From: Bacteroidota bacterium
GTDB taxonomy: Bacteria; Bacteroidota; Ignavibacteria; UBA10030; UBA8401
Length of the DNA: 64,000 nucleotides
Direction of reading: 5' to 3'
NCBI GenBank assembly: GCA_008933835.1
Contig: WBUG01000002.1
Span: forward strand, 62,929 to 126,928
The notes below the pieces were generated by a model, which was not told the origin of the DNA, ran no database searches, and saw only the letters and a list, made by a program, of their open reading frames with translations. Of this stretch, positions 1-8,402 are shown piece by piece (the first letter of the stretch is position 1; each line of letters opens with the position of its first letter). The position numbers were made by a program, and so were the translations under genes.

Positions 1-1
1 G

Positions 2-1534
2 TCGTGCCACGGCTCCGCAGAGATGACGCAGGGGGTCGCCTCGAGCTTCATCCATGCGTACGAGCAGAGCGTCCATGCGAACGCCCTGAAGAACGGGAAC
101 GGGAAGGCGGCCAACTGCGTGGACTGCCACAGCAGTCATGATATGCAGAAGGGTTCGCACCCGGACTCGAAGGTGAACAAGAAGAACATCCCCGGCACCT
201 GCGCCCAGTGTCATGAAGGTGTCGTGAAGACGTACGAGACGAGCATCCACGGAAAAGCGTTCGCCGGCGGGAACACCGTGTCGCCGGTCTGCACGGACTG
301 TCACGGCGAGCATAAGATCCTCGGCACCAAGGACCCCGATTCCCCCGTCTCGAAGCTCCACGTCGCCGAAGAGGTCTGCGCCCCCTGCCACGCTTCGGTG
401 AAGATGTCCGAGAAGTTCGGGCTCCCCACCGGGAAGACGAACACGTTCAACGACAGCTTCCACGGTCTGGCCGTGAAGTCCGGAAGCAAGGAAGCGGCGA
501 ACTGCGCCAGCTGCCACGGCTACCACGATATCCTGCCGTCGTCCGACCCCGCCTCGCGCGTGAGCAAGTCGAACCTCGCGAAGACCTGCGGCACCTGTCA
601 TCCCGGCGCGGGGGAGAACTTCTCCGCCGGCGTCGTGCACGTCTCCACCAAGGCGGACAGTGAGGACGACCTCATCGCGTTCGTCTCGAACATCTACGTG
701 GTGCTCATCCTCGTCACCATCGGCGGCATGGCCGCGCACAACATCCTCGACTTCGTCCGGAAGTCAAAACGCCGGCTGCAGCACCGCCGCCACGGTCCCG
801 GCGAGGAGGAGGTCGGCCACAGTCTGTACGTCCGCATGACCCTCGGCGAACGTCTGCAGCACGGAGCGCTCGCCCTGAGCTTCATCACCCTGGTCGTCAC
901 CGGATTCATGCTCCGCTATCCGGACGCCTGGTGGGTGGTGGGGATCCGCTCTCTGAGCGAATCGGTGTTCGAGATCCGCGGCGTCATCCACCGCGTGGCC
1001 GCCGTCGTGATGGTCCTGGCCTCGCTGTACCACCTCTATTATATCTTCTTCGTCCCCCGCGGCAAGCAGCTCATCCGTGACCTTCTGCCCAAGGTGCAGG
1101 ACGCGTACGACGCCATCGGCGTGGCACGCTATAACCTCGGTCTTTCGAAGGAAAAGCCGCTGCTGGACCGCTTCAGTTACATCGAAAAGGCCGAATACTG
1201 GGCCCTGATCTGGGGGACCATCGTCATGGCCGTCACCGGCGTCATCCTCTGGTTCGACGTCACGTTCATCAATCTCATCGGCAAGCAGCTGTGGGACGTC
1301 TCCCGCGTCGTGCACTACTACGAGGCATGGCTCGCCACGCTCGCCATCATCGTCTGGCACTTCTACTTCATCATCTTCAATCCGGACGTCTATCCGATGA
1401 ACCTCGCCTGGCTCAAGGGGACCATCTCGGAAGAGGAGATGGCGGACGAACATCCGCTGGAACTCCGCCGCATCAAGGAGGAACAGCTCCGCCTCGAGGA
1501 AGAGGAGAAGAAGAAGAACGCCGACATCAACTGA
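2..1534 (+). CDS. 5'-partial fusion protein: periplasmic multiheme cytochrome c domain plus C-terminal FdnI/HydC-type membrane cytochrome b domain (CbcL-like inner-membrane quinol oxidoreductase)
   Basis: The reading frame is open from the window edge; upstream codons already read ..SCHG, so the gene starts before position 1. Six complete CxxCH motifs are visible: CVDCH, CAQCH, CTDCH, CAPCH, CASCH and CGTCH. About 4-5 His-containing transmembrane helices follow (LILVTIGGMAAHNILDF, LALSFITLVVTGFMLRY, AAVVMVLASLYHLYYIFF, IVMAVTGVILWF, LATLAIIVWHFYFIIF), typical of Ni/Fe-hydrogenase or formate dehydrogenase b-type cytochrome subunits. Confidence 0.8.
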   Translation, partial: SCHGSAEMTQGVASSFIHAYEQSVHANALKNGNGKAANCVDCHSSHDMQKGSHPDSKVNKKNIPGTCAQCHEGVVKTYETSIHGKAFAGGNTVSPVCTDCHGEHKILGTKDPDSPVSKLHVAEEVCAPCHASVKMSEKFGLPTGKTNTFNDSFHGLAVKSGSKEAANCASCHGYHDILPSSDPASRVSKSNLAKTCGTCHPGAGENFSAGVVHVSTKADSEDDLIAFVSNIYVVLILVTIGGMAAHNILDFVRKSKRRLQHRRHGPGEEEVGHSLYVRMTLGERLQHGALALSFITLVVTGFMLRYPDAWWVVGIRSLSESVFEIRGVIHRVAAVVMVLASLYHLYYIFFVPRGKQLIRDLLPKVQDAYDAIGVARYNLGLSKEKPLLDRFSYIEKAEYWALIWGTIVMAVTGVILWFDVTFINLIGKQLWDVSRVVHYYEAWLATLAIIVWHFYFIIFNPDVYPMNLAWLKGTISEEEMADEHPLELRRIKEEQLRLEEEEKKKNADIN

Positions 1535-1555
1535 GACCACCAAGCGGAGCAACGT

Positions 1556-3055
1556 ATGAAGGACCTGCGGTCACTGCTTCCCACGACGTTCTTCAATCCC
1601 GTCAGTTACCTCGGCGGTGCGGTATCCGTCGCCAGTTTCATCCTCATCCTGTTCCTCTTCACCGTGGAGATGCTCGGCGTGCCGATGCAGCCGTACGTCG
1701 GCATCATCACCTTCGTGGTGCTGCCGGGCATCATGCTCCTCGGCATCGCGGTCAGCCTGTACGGCATGCGGCGCGAGAAACGGCGCCGGCTCCGCACCGG
1801 TTCCGAGACCGCGGTGTTCCCCACGCTGGACCTGAACGACCCGGTGCAGCGCACGCGGTTCACCTTCGCTTCCATCCTCGTCTTCATCCTGCTGCTCGGC
1901 ACCGCGTTCGGCAGCTACCAGGTGTACCATTTCACCGAGTCGGTCACCTTCTGCGGTCAGATCTGCCATCAGGTGATGAAACCCGAGTTCGTCGCCTATT
2001 CCAACTCGCCGCACTCCCGCGTCACCTGCGCCGACTGTCACGTGGGGTCGGGTGCGGACTGGTACGTGAAGTCCAAGCTCTCCGGAGCGTACCAGATCTA
2101 CTCCGTCATCTTCAAGAAGTACTCGCAGCCCATCCCCACGCCGGTGCACAGCCTTCGGCCGGCGCAGGGGACGTGCGAACAGTGCCACTACCCGCAGCAT
2201 TTCCATAACGACATCCAGGTCAACAAGACGTACTACCTGAAGGACGAGGCGAACACGCCGTGGTCGGTCTCGCTGCTGATGAAGATCAGCGGCGGCCGGT
2301 CGGACTCCGGCCCCACCTCCGGCATCCACTGGCACGTCAACCGCGACCACGCCGTCACCTACACCGCCGTCGATTCGCAGCGGCAGAACATCCCCGTCGT
2401 CCGCGTCCGCTACCCCGATGCGAGCGAGGACGAGTTCGTGACCACGGATGCGTATGACGCTGCGGCGCTGGCAGCGGGCGAGACGCGCACCATGGACTGC
2501 ATCGACTGCCACAATCGGCCGACGCACATCTACCGTTCGCCGGAAGAGACCATCAACGCCGAGATGTCGCACGGCGCCATCGCTCCCACGCTCCCCTCGG
2601 TCCGCCTCACCGTCTCCGAAGCGCTCACGCAGGAGTACGCGGACGACGAGGCGGCGATGAAAGGCATCGCTTCGTACATCACCGACTTCTACCGCCTCCG
2701 CCATCCGGCGCTGTTCGCGTCACGGCGGACGGAGATCGACTCCGCCGTCAGCGTCGCGAAGCGCATCTATGAGCGGAACTTCTTCCCGTACATGCGCGTG
2801 AGCTGGAAACGGTACCCGAACAACATCGGCCACTTCAACAACCTCGGATGCTTCCGGTGCCACGACAACAAGCATGTGTCGAAGAAGACCGGGAAGGTGC
2901 TGTCGAACGACTGCAACACCTGTCATACCATCCTTTCGCAGGGGACGTCGCTCGCCTCGAACATCTCGCCGAAGGGGCTCGAGTTCCTCCATCCGGTCGA
3001 CATCGGCGATGCCTGGAAAACGATGAACTGCATCGACTGCCATACGGGACAATGA
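1556..3055 (+). CDS. membrane-anchored heptaheme cytochrome c (ImcH-like / NapC-NirT-related candidate quinol dehydrogenase)
   Basis: The N-terminus has 2-3 hydrophobic transmembrane segments. Seven heme motifs follow: CGQICH (CX3CH), CADCH, CEQCH, CIDCH, CFRCH, CNTCH and CIDCH. Length of about 499 aa and the heme count match the ImcH family. Confidence 0.7.
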   Translation: MKDLRSLLPTTFFNPVSYLGGAVSVASFILILFLFTVEMLGVPMQPYVGIITFVVLPGIMLLGIAVSLYGMRREKRRRLRTGSETAVFPTLDLNDPVQRTRFTFASILVFILLLGTAFGSYQVYHFTESVTFCGQICHQVMKPEFVAYSNSPHSRVTCADCHVGSGADWYVKSKLSGAYQIYSVIFKKYSQPIPTPVHSLRPAQGTCEQCHYPQHFHNDIQVNKTYYLKDEANTPWSVSLLMKISGGRSDSGPTSGIHWHVNRDHAVTYTAVDSQRQNIPVVRVRYPDASEDEFVTTDAYDAAALAAGETRTMDCIDCHNRPTHIYRSPEETINAEMSHGAIAPTLPSVRLTVSEALTQEYADDEAAMKGIASYITDFYRLRHPALFASRRTEIDSAVSVAKRIYERNFFPYMRVSWKRYPNNIGHFNNLGCFRCHDNKHVSKKTGKVLSNDCNTCHTILSQGTSLASNISPKGLEFLHPVDIGDAWKTMNCIDCHTGQ

Positions 3056-3235
3056 GGTCCGGTTCCTTCCCGACTTTGCAAAGGGGCCGATTTGGGTTTT
3101 CCTAATCGTAGGAAGCCGACCCCCGTTCTGATGCAAATTTCAACGGTTTTATGTTGGATTTTTCGGCACATAAATTGCCATAAAATGGGAGAGTTTCACT
3201 CTTTTCTTTCACACTTCACTTCAATGGAGACAGAC

Positions 3236-3748
3236 ATGAAAAAGCTTCTCTATCTTCTCTTCGCGGTCGTCATCGCGCTGCCGCTGGCCGCGCAGAACAA
3301 GTATGTCGGCGTGAAAGGTTGCGCCTGCCACAACATGCCGAAGCAGGGCAAGCAGGTGGACGTGTGGAAGAAGTCGGACCATGCGAAGGCGTTCGAGACC
3401 TTGAAGAGCGACAAGGCGGCGGAGATCGCGAAGAAGAACGGCATCGCCTCCGCGGCCGAAGCGAAGCAGTGTCTCGAGTGTCACTCCACCGGCGCCGGTG
3501 ATCCGGCCGAGAAGACCTTCGCCGCCGCCGACGGTGTGCAGTGCGAAGCGTGCCACGGTGCCGCCTCCGGATACAAGGCCATTCATAACAAGCCCGAGAA
3601 CAAAGAGAAGGCGGTCGCCGCCGGTCTGCTGAAGGCCGATGAGAAGACCTGCAAGCCGTGCCACGGCGCCAACAAGATGCACGACGCGAAACCGTTCGAC
3701 TACAAGAAAGCGTGGGAACAGATCAAGCATCCGGCACCGAAAGGCTGA
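3236..3748 (+). CDS. small secreted cytochrome c (3 canonical CxxCH plus one atypical CACH)
   Basis: An internal ATG at 3236 gives the signal peptide MKKLLYLLFAVVIALPLAAQ. Motifs are CLECH, CEACH, CKPCH and GCACH. The upstream in-frame extension of the track ORF lies in an AT-rich non-coding gap and is rejected. Confidence 0.75.
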   Translation: MKKLLYLLFAVVIALPLAAQNKYVGVKGCACHNMPKQGKQVDVWKKSDHAKAFETLKSDKAAEIAKKNGIASAAEAKQCLECHSTGAGDPAEKTFAAADGVQCEACHGAASGYKAIHNKPENKEKAVAAGLLKADEKTCKPCHGANKMHDAKPFDYKKAWEQIKHPAPKG

Positions 3749-3750
3749 GT

Positions 3751-5031
3751 ATGGAACGGACACTTCTGGCGGCGCTCGTGCTGCTGTCGATGACGGCGGA
3801 CGCGCAGTCGATCAACGGCCGGCTGACGACATCGTTCTACGGCTTTGAAGGCCGCGATGCCGCGCTGGCGAAGCAGACCTACCTCCGGGCGTACGAGAAC
3901 GTGTACCTGAACGCCTCCAGCGGTGATGTTTCATTCAATATGAACGCGATGGTCAGCAACGATTTCGGCTCCGACCTCGCGACCGACCCCGAACTCCGAA
4001 TCTCCTCCTTACTGGTGAAGGTGAGAAAGATTGGCGGCTTGGCGGACCTGTCCGTCGGCCGCCAATTCATTTTCGCCGGTGCCGGGTACGGTCTCATCGA
4101 CGGCGCGCAGACGGGACTCCGCTTCCTGGACGACCGGGTGAGCGTCACGCTGTACGGCGGAACGAACGTGGACCACACCCGCGACGTCCGCAAGCAGTGG
4201 ATCGGCAGCAACGGGATGTTCGGCGGCCAGGTCGTCTTCGCCCCCGTCGAGAACGGTTCGGTCGGTCTCAGCTATATGAACAAACGGCGGGAGCGCGCGC
4301 CGTACACCGCCGTCCGTGCGGACTCGCTCTTCAATCCCTACATCATCGTCGTCAACAGCACCCCGCTCGAAGAGGAGCTCGCCTCGGTCGATGCGGAGTA
4401 TGAGTTCGGCCACGCGGTGATGCTGCAGGCGAAGGCGGACTATGACGTCCACCATGCTGAGCTCTCCCGCATCCAGGCCTTCACCCGCGTGCACGCCATG
4501 GAAGGCCTCAGCGGAACGCTGGAGTACATCTTCCGCGAACCCCGCGTCGCCTACAACTCCATCTTCTCCGTCTTCAACACCAACAGCACGCAGGAGATCG
4601 AAGGGGGTCTCGAGTACCGTCACAGTCCCTTCTTTTTCCTCTTCGCCCGCTTCGCGGACGTGCAGTATGTGGACGACAACAGCCAGCGGCTGTCGGTGGG
4701 TGGGACGTACGAGTTCCTCTCCGCCGCGTACACCCAGAACTTCGGATACGCCGGCGAACTCAACGGCGTCTCCCTGCAGGCGGCCTATCCGCTGATGGAC
4801 CGTGTCATCACCCCCACGTGCGGGTTCGGCTACGCCTCCTATAAACATGCGAAAGACGACCCGTCCAGCACGGTCGTCAACCTGGCGGCCGGAGCGGTCT
4901 ACCGTCCCAGCAAGTACATCTCGGCGGACGTGCAGCTGCAGTGGATGCAGAATCCGCAGTTCGACAGCGACATGCGCGCCTTCGTCAAGTTCACCTATTG
5001 GTTCAACGATCGTTTGGGGTGGCTGGAATGA
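3751..5031 (+). CDS. outer-membrane beta-barrel protein (porin partner of a porin-cytochrome complex)
   Basis: An internal ATG at 3751 gives the signal peptide MERTLLAALVLLSMTADAQS. The protein is rich in alternating hydrophobic/Gly/Tyr beta-strand patterns and has an aromatic-rich C-terminus (FVKFTYWFNDRLGW). It starts 2 nt after the small cytochrome gene, and its stop overlaps the next cytochrome's start. Confidence 0.7.
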   Translation: MERTLLAALVLLSMTADAQSINGRLTTSFYGFEGRDAALAKQTYLRAYENVYLNASSGDVSFNMNAMVSNDFGSDLATDPELRISSLLVKVRKIGGLADLSVGRQFIFAGAGYGLIDGAQTGLRFLDDRVSVTLYGGTNVDHTRDVRKQWIGSNGMFGGQVVFAPVENGSVGLSYMNKRRERAPYTAVRADSLFNPYIIVVNSTPLEEELASVDAEYEFGHAVMLQAKADYDVHHAELSRIQAFTRVHAMEGLSGTLEYIFREPRVAYNSIFSVFNTNSTQEIEGGLEYRHSPFFFLFARFADVQYVDDNSQRLSVGGTYEFLSAAYTQNFGYAGELNGVSLQAAYPLMDRVITPTCGFGYASYKHAKDDPSSTVVNLAAGAVYRPSKYISADVQLQWMQNPQFDSDMRAFVKFTYWFNDRLGWLE

Positions 5032-6233
5032 AAAAGAACCTCACCATCGCCGCGGCCGCCGCCGTCCTCATCGGTCTGGTCCTCTTCGGACGCGGAACCG
5101 TCGTGGCGGACGATGCAGCGCCGGCGGACAAGACGCAGCTCATCAAGTTCTCCCATGCCAAGCACGCCGAGGCCGGTGCCGAATGCGCGTCCTGTCATAA
5201 AGCGGACCTCAGCGACAACTCCTCGGACCGCATGCTCCCCGGCCACGCCGAGTGCCAGTCCTGCCACGAGCAGGAAGTGAACGAGAATTGCTCCTTCTGC
5301 CACACCAATCCCGACGATCCGCAGGCCCTTCCCAATCCCGTCCGCTCCCTCTTCTTCAGCCATAAACAGCATGTCGGTATGGAGGGGGTGAAGTGCGAGA
5401 CGTGCCATCAGGGGATGGACAAAGCGGACTTCGCCGGTCATCAGAACCTTCCCGCCATGGCGACCTGCAATACGTGCCATAACGACGTGAAGGCGACGAA
5501 CCAGTGCGAAGCGTGCCACACGGACCTCTCGAACCTCCGTCCGGCGTCGCACAACGTTGCCAATTTCAAGCGCGAGCATGCGCGCGTCATGAGCCTCCGC
5601 ACGTTCGAAGCGAAGTGCCAGTCCTGCCACACCGAGCAGTCCTGCGCTGAGTGTCATGACGGCACCAATCTGACCGAACTGGCCCCCGGCGTGAAGAGCG
5701 GTCTGCTCTCGCCGCGGCACGCCGCCGGCGACAAGGCGGTCGCTCTGGCGGGCGAAGCGGTGCACGGCATGAACTACCGCTTCACGCACGGCATCGATGC
5801 CAAAGGCCGCGCGGCGGACTGCCAGACCTGCCACAGCAGCCAGCAGTTCTGCAGCGACTGCCACATGAACGGCTCCGCCGCCCTCGGCGGTGCGATGCCC
5901 ACCAGCCATGAGGCGCCCGGCTTCACCACCATCGGCGTCGGATCGGGCGGCGGCTCGCATGCGACCCTCGCGAAGCGCGACATCCAGCGCTGCATGACCT
6001 GTCACGACACGGAAGGGGGCGACCCCAACTGCATCACCTGCCATGCGGACTACGACGGCATCAAGGGGACCAATCCCCGGACGCACAAGAGCGGCTTCAT
6101 GAAGGATAACGAACACGGCGAATGGCACGACGATGCGAACGCGAACTGCTTCGTCTGCCATACGGACGCCAATGCCAAACCGAGCGGAAGACCGGGACAG
6201 GGATTCTGCGGATATTGCCATGGTGTGAAATGA
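5028..6233 (+). CDS. periplasmic 14-heme c-type cytochrome (MtrA/OmaB-like periplasmic conduit cytochrome)
   Basis: The ATG at 5028 overlaps the porin stop (ATGA). Signal peptide is MKKNLTIAAAAAVLIGLVLFG. There are 14 CxxCH motifs: CASCH, CQSCH, CSFCH, CETCH, CNTCH, CEACH, CQSCH, CAECH, CQTCH, CSDCH, CMTCH, CITCH, CFVCH and CGYCH. Confidence 0.85.
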   Translation: MKKNLTIAAAAAVLIGLVLFGRGTVVADDAAPADKTQLIKFSHAKHAEAGAECASCHKADLSDNSSDRMLPGHAECQSCHEQEVNENCSFCHTNPDDPQALPNPVRSLFFSHKQHVGMEGVKCETCHQGMDKADFAGHQNLPAMATCNTCHNDVKATNQCEACHTDLSNLRPASHNVANFKREHARVMSLRTFEAKCQSCHTEQSCAECHDGTNLTELAPGVKSGLLSPRHAAGDKAVALAGEAVHGMNYRFTHGIDAKGRAADCQTCHSSQQFCSDCHMNGSAALGGAMPTSHEAPGFTTIGVGSGGGSHATLAKRDIQRCMTCHDTEGGDPNCITCHADYDGIKGTNPRTHKSGFMKDNEHGEWHDDANANCFVCHTDANAKPSGRPGQGFCGYCHGVK

Positions 6234-7054
6234 TGAACACGACCCTTCGTTTCGGGACCCTGGCGCTCGTCGCCGCGCTGCTCCTCGGCGGATGCGCCGA
6301 GACCAAAGAGGACAAGGTGCCCACCACGCCGGAAGTGTCGGTGCACGGCGCCGGTTTCGCCGACATTTCTTCGTCGAACTTCCACGCGAAGTACATCCAG
6401 GGGAAGAACTTCGACCTCTCGCTGTGCAAGACCTGCCACGGTCCCGATTTCTCCGGCGGAACGTCCGGGAAGTCGTGCAACACCTGCCACAGCAAGCCCG
6501 GCGGACCGGAGAACTGCACCGTCTGCCACGGCAGCGTGAATGCCGCACCGCCGTTCGATCTGGCGGGCAACGTATCGCCCGCATCGCGCGCCGTCGGAGC
6601 GCACCAGGTCCATCTGCTCGGCGGCCTCGTCGGCGCCAAGGTCACATGCACCGAGTGCCATGTCGTCCCTGCGGCCCTCACTGCCGCAGGACACATCGAC
6701 AATTCAGCCCATGCAGAGGTGCGGTTCGACCCTTCGTCGGTCTTCTATAAGGCGGACGCCGTGTTCAGCGGCAGCGGTACGACGGCCACCTGTTCCAACA
6801 CCTACTGCCACGGCAACTTCCCCGGCGGTAACGGCAACGTGACCATGACCTGGAGCGATACCAATCCGGACGCTGCCGCCTGCGGTACCTGCCATGGCGA
6901 CGTCACCAAGGCGACCTTCGCCGAGAAGGCGTTCCCGAAGAGCGGTCATCCTGCTATCGGCAGCATGACGTGCAACCAATGTCATTCGCGCACGGTGAAC
7001 AGCCTTGCGCAGATCATCGATCCGTCGAAGCATGTGAACGGCGTGGTCGATTAA
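6230..7054 (+). CDS. lipoprotein multiheme cytochrome c (7 heme motifs; putative outer-membrane/surface cytochrome)
   Basis: The ATGATG start overlaps the upstream stop. A lipobox (LLLGGC) is present. Motifs are CKTCH, CNTCH, CTVCH, CTECH, CSNTYCH (CX4CH), CGTCH and CNQCH. Confidence 0.8.
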   Translation: MMNTTLRFGTLALVAALLLGGCAETKEDKVPTTPEVSVHGAGFADISSSNFHAKYIQGKNFDLSLCKTCHGPDFSGGTSGKSCNTCHSKPGGPENCTVCHGSVNAAPPFDLAGNVSPASRAVGAHQVHLLGGLVGAKVTCTECHVVPAALTAAGHIDNSAHAEVRFDPSSVFYKADAVFSGSGTTATCSNTYCHGNFPGGNGNVTMTWSDTNPDAAACGTCHGDVTKATFAEKAFPKSGHPAIGSMTCNQCHSRTVNSLAQIIDPSKHVNGVVD

Positions 7055-7133
7055 CGAAAGTGACTCATCCTTCACCGGGAGTCATTTTGCACCAAGAACC
7101 AATCACTTCATCACTGAAAGGAGCGTTAAGACA

Positions 7134-8354
7134 GTGAAACATCTCCTGACTGTTCTGATCGCACTGTTGTTCCTTGCTCTCCAGGCCTGCGAAGGACCCG
7201 AAGGTCCCGCCGGCGCGCAGGGTCCTGCTGGTAAGGACGGCGCGAACGGACAGAACGCCGGCTTCGTGTACTTCGAAGGCTTCAAAGACAGCCTCCGCTG
7301 CGCGACCTGCCATACTCCCGATGCCGATACGGCGCTGTTCATGGCCGCGAAGACGTTGGAATACGAATCCGCCGGTCACATGGAAGGCACTTCATGGGCG
7401 CGCGGTATCAACAGCGGCGATTGCGCCAGCTGCCACATCACTGAAGGGTATCTCGAATCGGCACGCGGCAATTTCGCGTCACAGGCGACCAAGCTCTACT
7501 CGCATGGTTCGCAGCCCGGTTGCTTCACCTGCCATTCGCCGCATAAGGCCGGTTCGTTTGCGGTCCGCAAGACCGATGCGATCAAGGTGAAATCCTTCGT
7601 TGCCGGCGCTGCCGACCTGCAGTTCAACGTCGGTTCGTCCAACACCTGCGTCACCTGCCATCGTACGCGTGAGACTAGCCCGATGACGAACAGCGTTTTC
7701 GTGAACGGCGTCAGCGGCAACCCCGATCCGACGAAGACGGCAGCGACCGACTCCATCGAGATCAAGACCAGCCGCTTCTATCCTCACTATGGCGTCCAGG
7801 GCCAGATTCTGACCGGAAAGGGAGGATTTGAGTTCACCGGATATACCTACCCGTCATCGTATCACACGAATCTGGCGGCGGCAAAGAACATCCAGTGCTC
7901 CGACTGCCATATGGCGAATCCGACCGTCATCGTGAACGGTACACCGGTCGCCGGCGGACACACCCTGAAGATCGGGTACAGCTCCATTTCCACCGACTCC
8001 GCGAACAATATGGTGAACGTCGCCGGTTGCCGGACGACGGGATGCCATCCGAGCGCCTTCACCGCCAACACGGTGACCGCGACGGTGTTCGCCGCGTTCA
8101 AGCAGTCCGGTCAGAAAGCGCTGCAGGATTCCATGGCCACGCTGAAGTCCATGCTTGTCTCGAAAGGCTGGCTCGATCCGGCGACGGACCTTGCCAAGCT
8201 GACCGGCGGCAAACTGGTGATCAAGCCCGCCTATAAGGCCGGTGCATTGTTCAACTACTTCTTCTTGGAACATGAAGGAAGCCACGGCATGCACAACATG
8301 CAGTATGCTCAGGCGTTGCTGAATGCTTCGTTGGCGGAACTCCGCAAACCGTAA
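7134..8354 (+). CDS. lipoprotein multiheme cytochrome c with N-terminal collagen-like Gly-X-Y stalk (6 heme motifs)
   Basis: GTG start at 7134 with the RBS aaaggag about 10 nt upstream. Lipobox is LALQAC. A (GPE)(GPA)(GAQ)(GPA)(GKD)(GAN)(GQN) stretch follows. Heme motifs are CATCH, CASCH, CFTCH, CVTCH, CSDCH and CRTTGCH (CX4CH). Confidence 0.8.
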   Translation: MKHLLTVLIALLFLALQACEGPEGPAGAQGPAGKDGANGQNAGFVYFEGFKDSLRCATCHTPDADTALFMAAKTLEYESAGHMEGTSWARGINSGDCASCHITEGYLESARGNFASQATKLYSHGSQPGCFTCHSPHKAGSFAVRKTDAIKVKSFVAGAADLQFNVGSSNTCVTCHRTRETSPMTNSVFVNGVSGNPDPTKTAATDSIEIKTSRFYPHYGVQGQILTGKGGFEFTGYTYPSSYHTNLAAAKNIQCSDCHMANPTVIVNGTPVAGGHTLKIGYSSISTDSANNMVNVAGCRTTGCHPSAFTANTVTATVFAAFKQSGQKALQDSMATLKSMLVSKGWLDPATDLAKLTGGKLVIKPAYKAGALFNYFFLEHEGSHGMHNMQYAQALLNASLAELRKP

Positions 8355-8402
8355 TTCCCTCCTCCTACCTTACAGAACGAAAGCACTACCTCCTCATACC
8401 AG

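Noticed and set aside
3092-3235. 5' extensions of track ORFs (3092, 3658, 4941, 6122, 18200, 20371, 24759, 25205, 26308, 31196, 40062, 41370, 43782, 56505, 57841 and 49266..50918 minus)
   Set aside because: The extensions overlap upstream genes or AT-rich gaps and lack signal peptides. Internal ATG/GTG codons create ATGA/GTGA junctions and give proper signal peptides or known family N-termini.
7194-7256. Gly-X-Y stretch as a possible DNA-level tandem repeat or mobile element
   Set aside because: The triplets are imperfect at the nucleotide level, in frame, and embedded in a cytochrome gene. It is a protein-level collagen-like feature and is reported as a finding instead.
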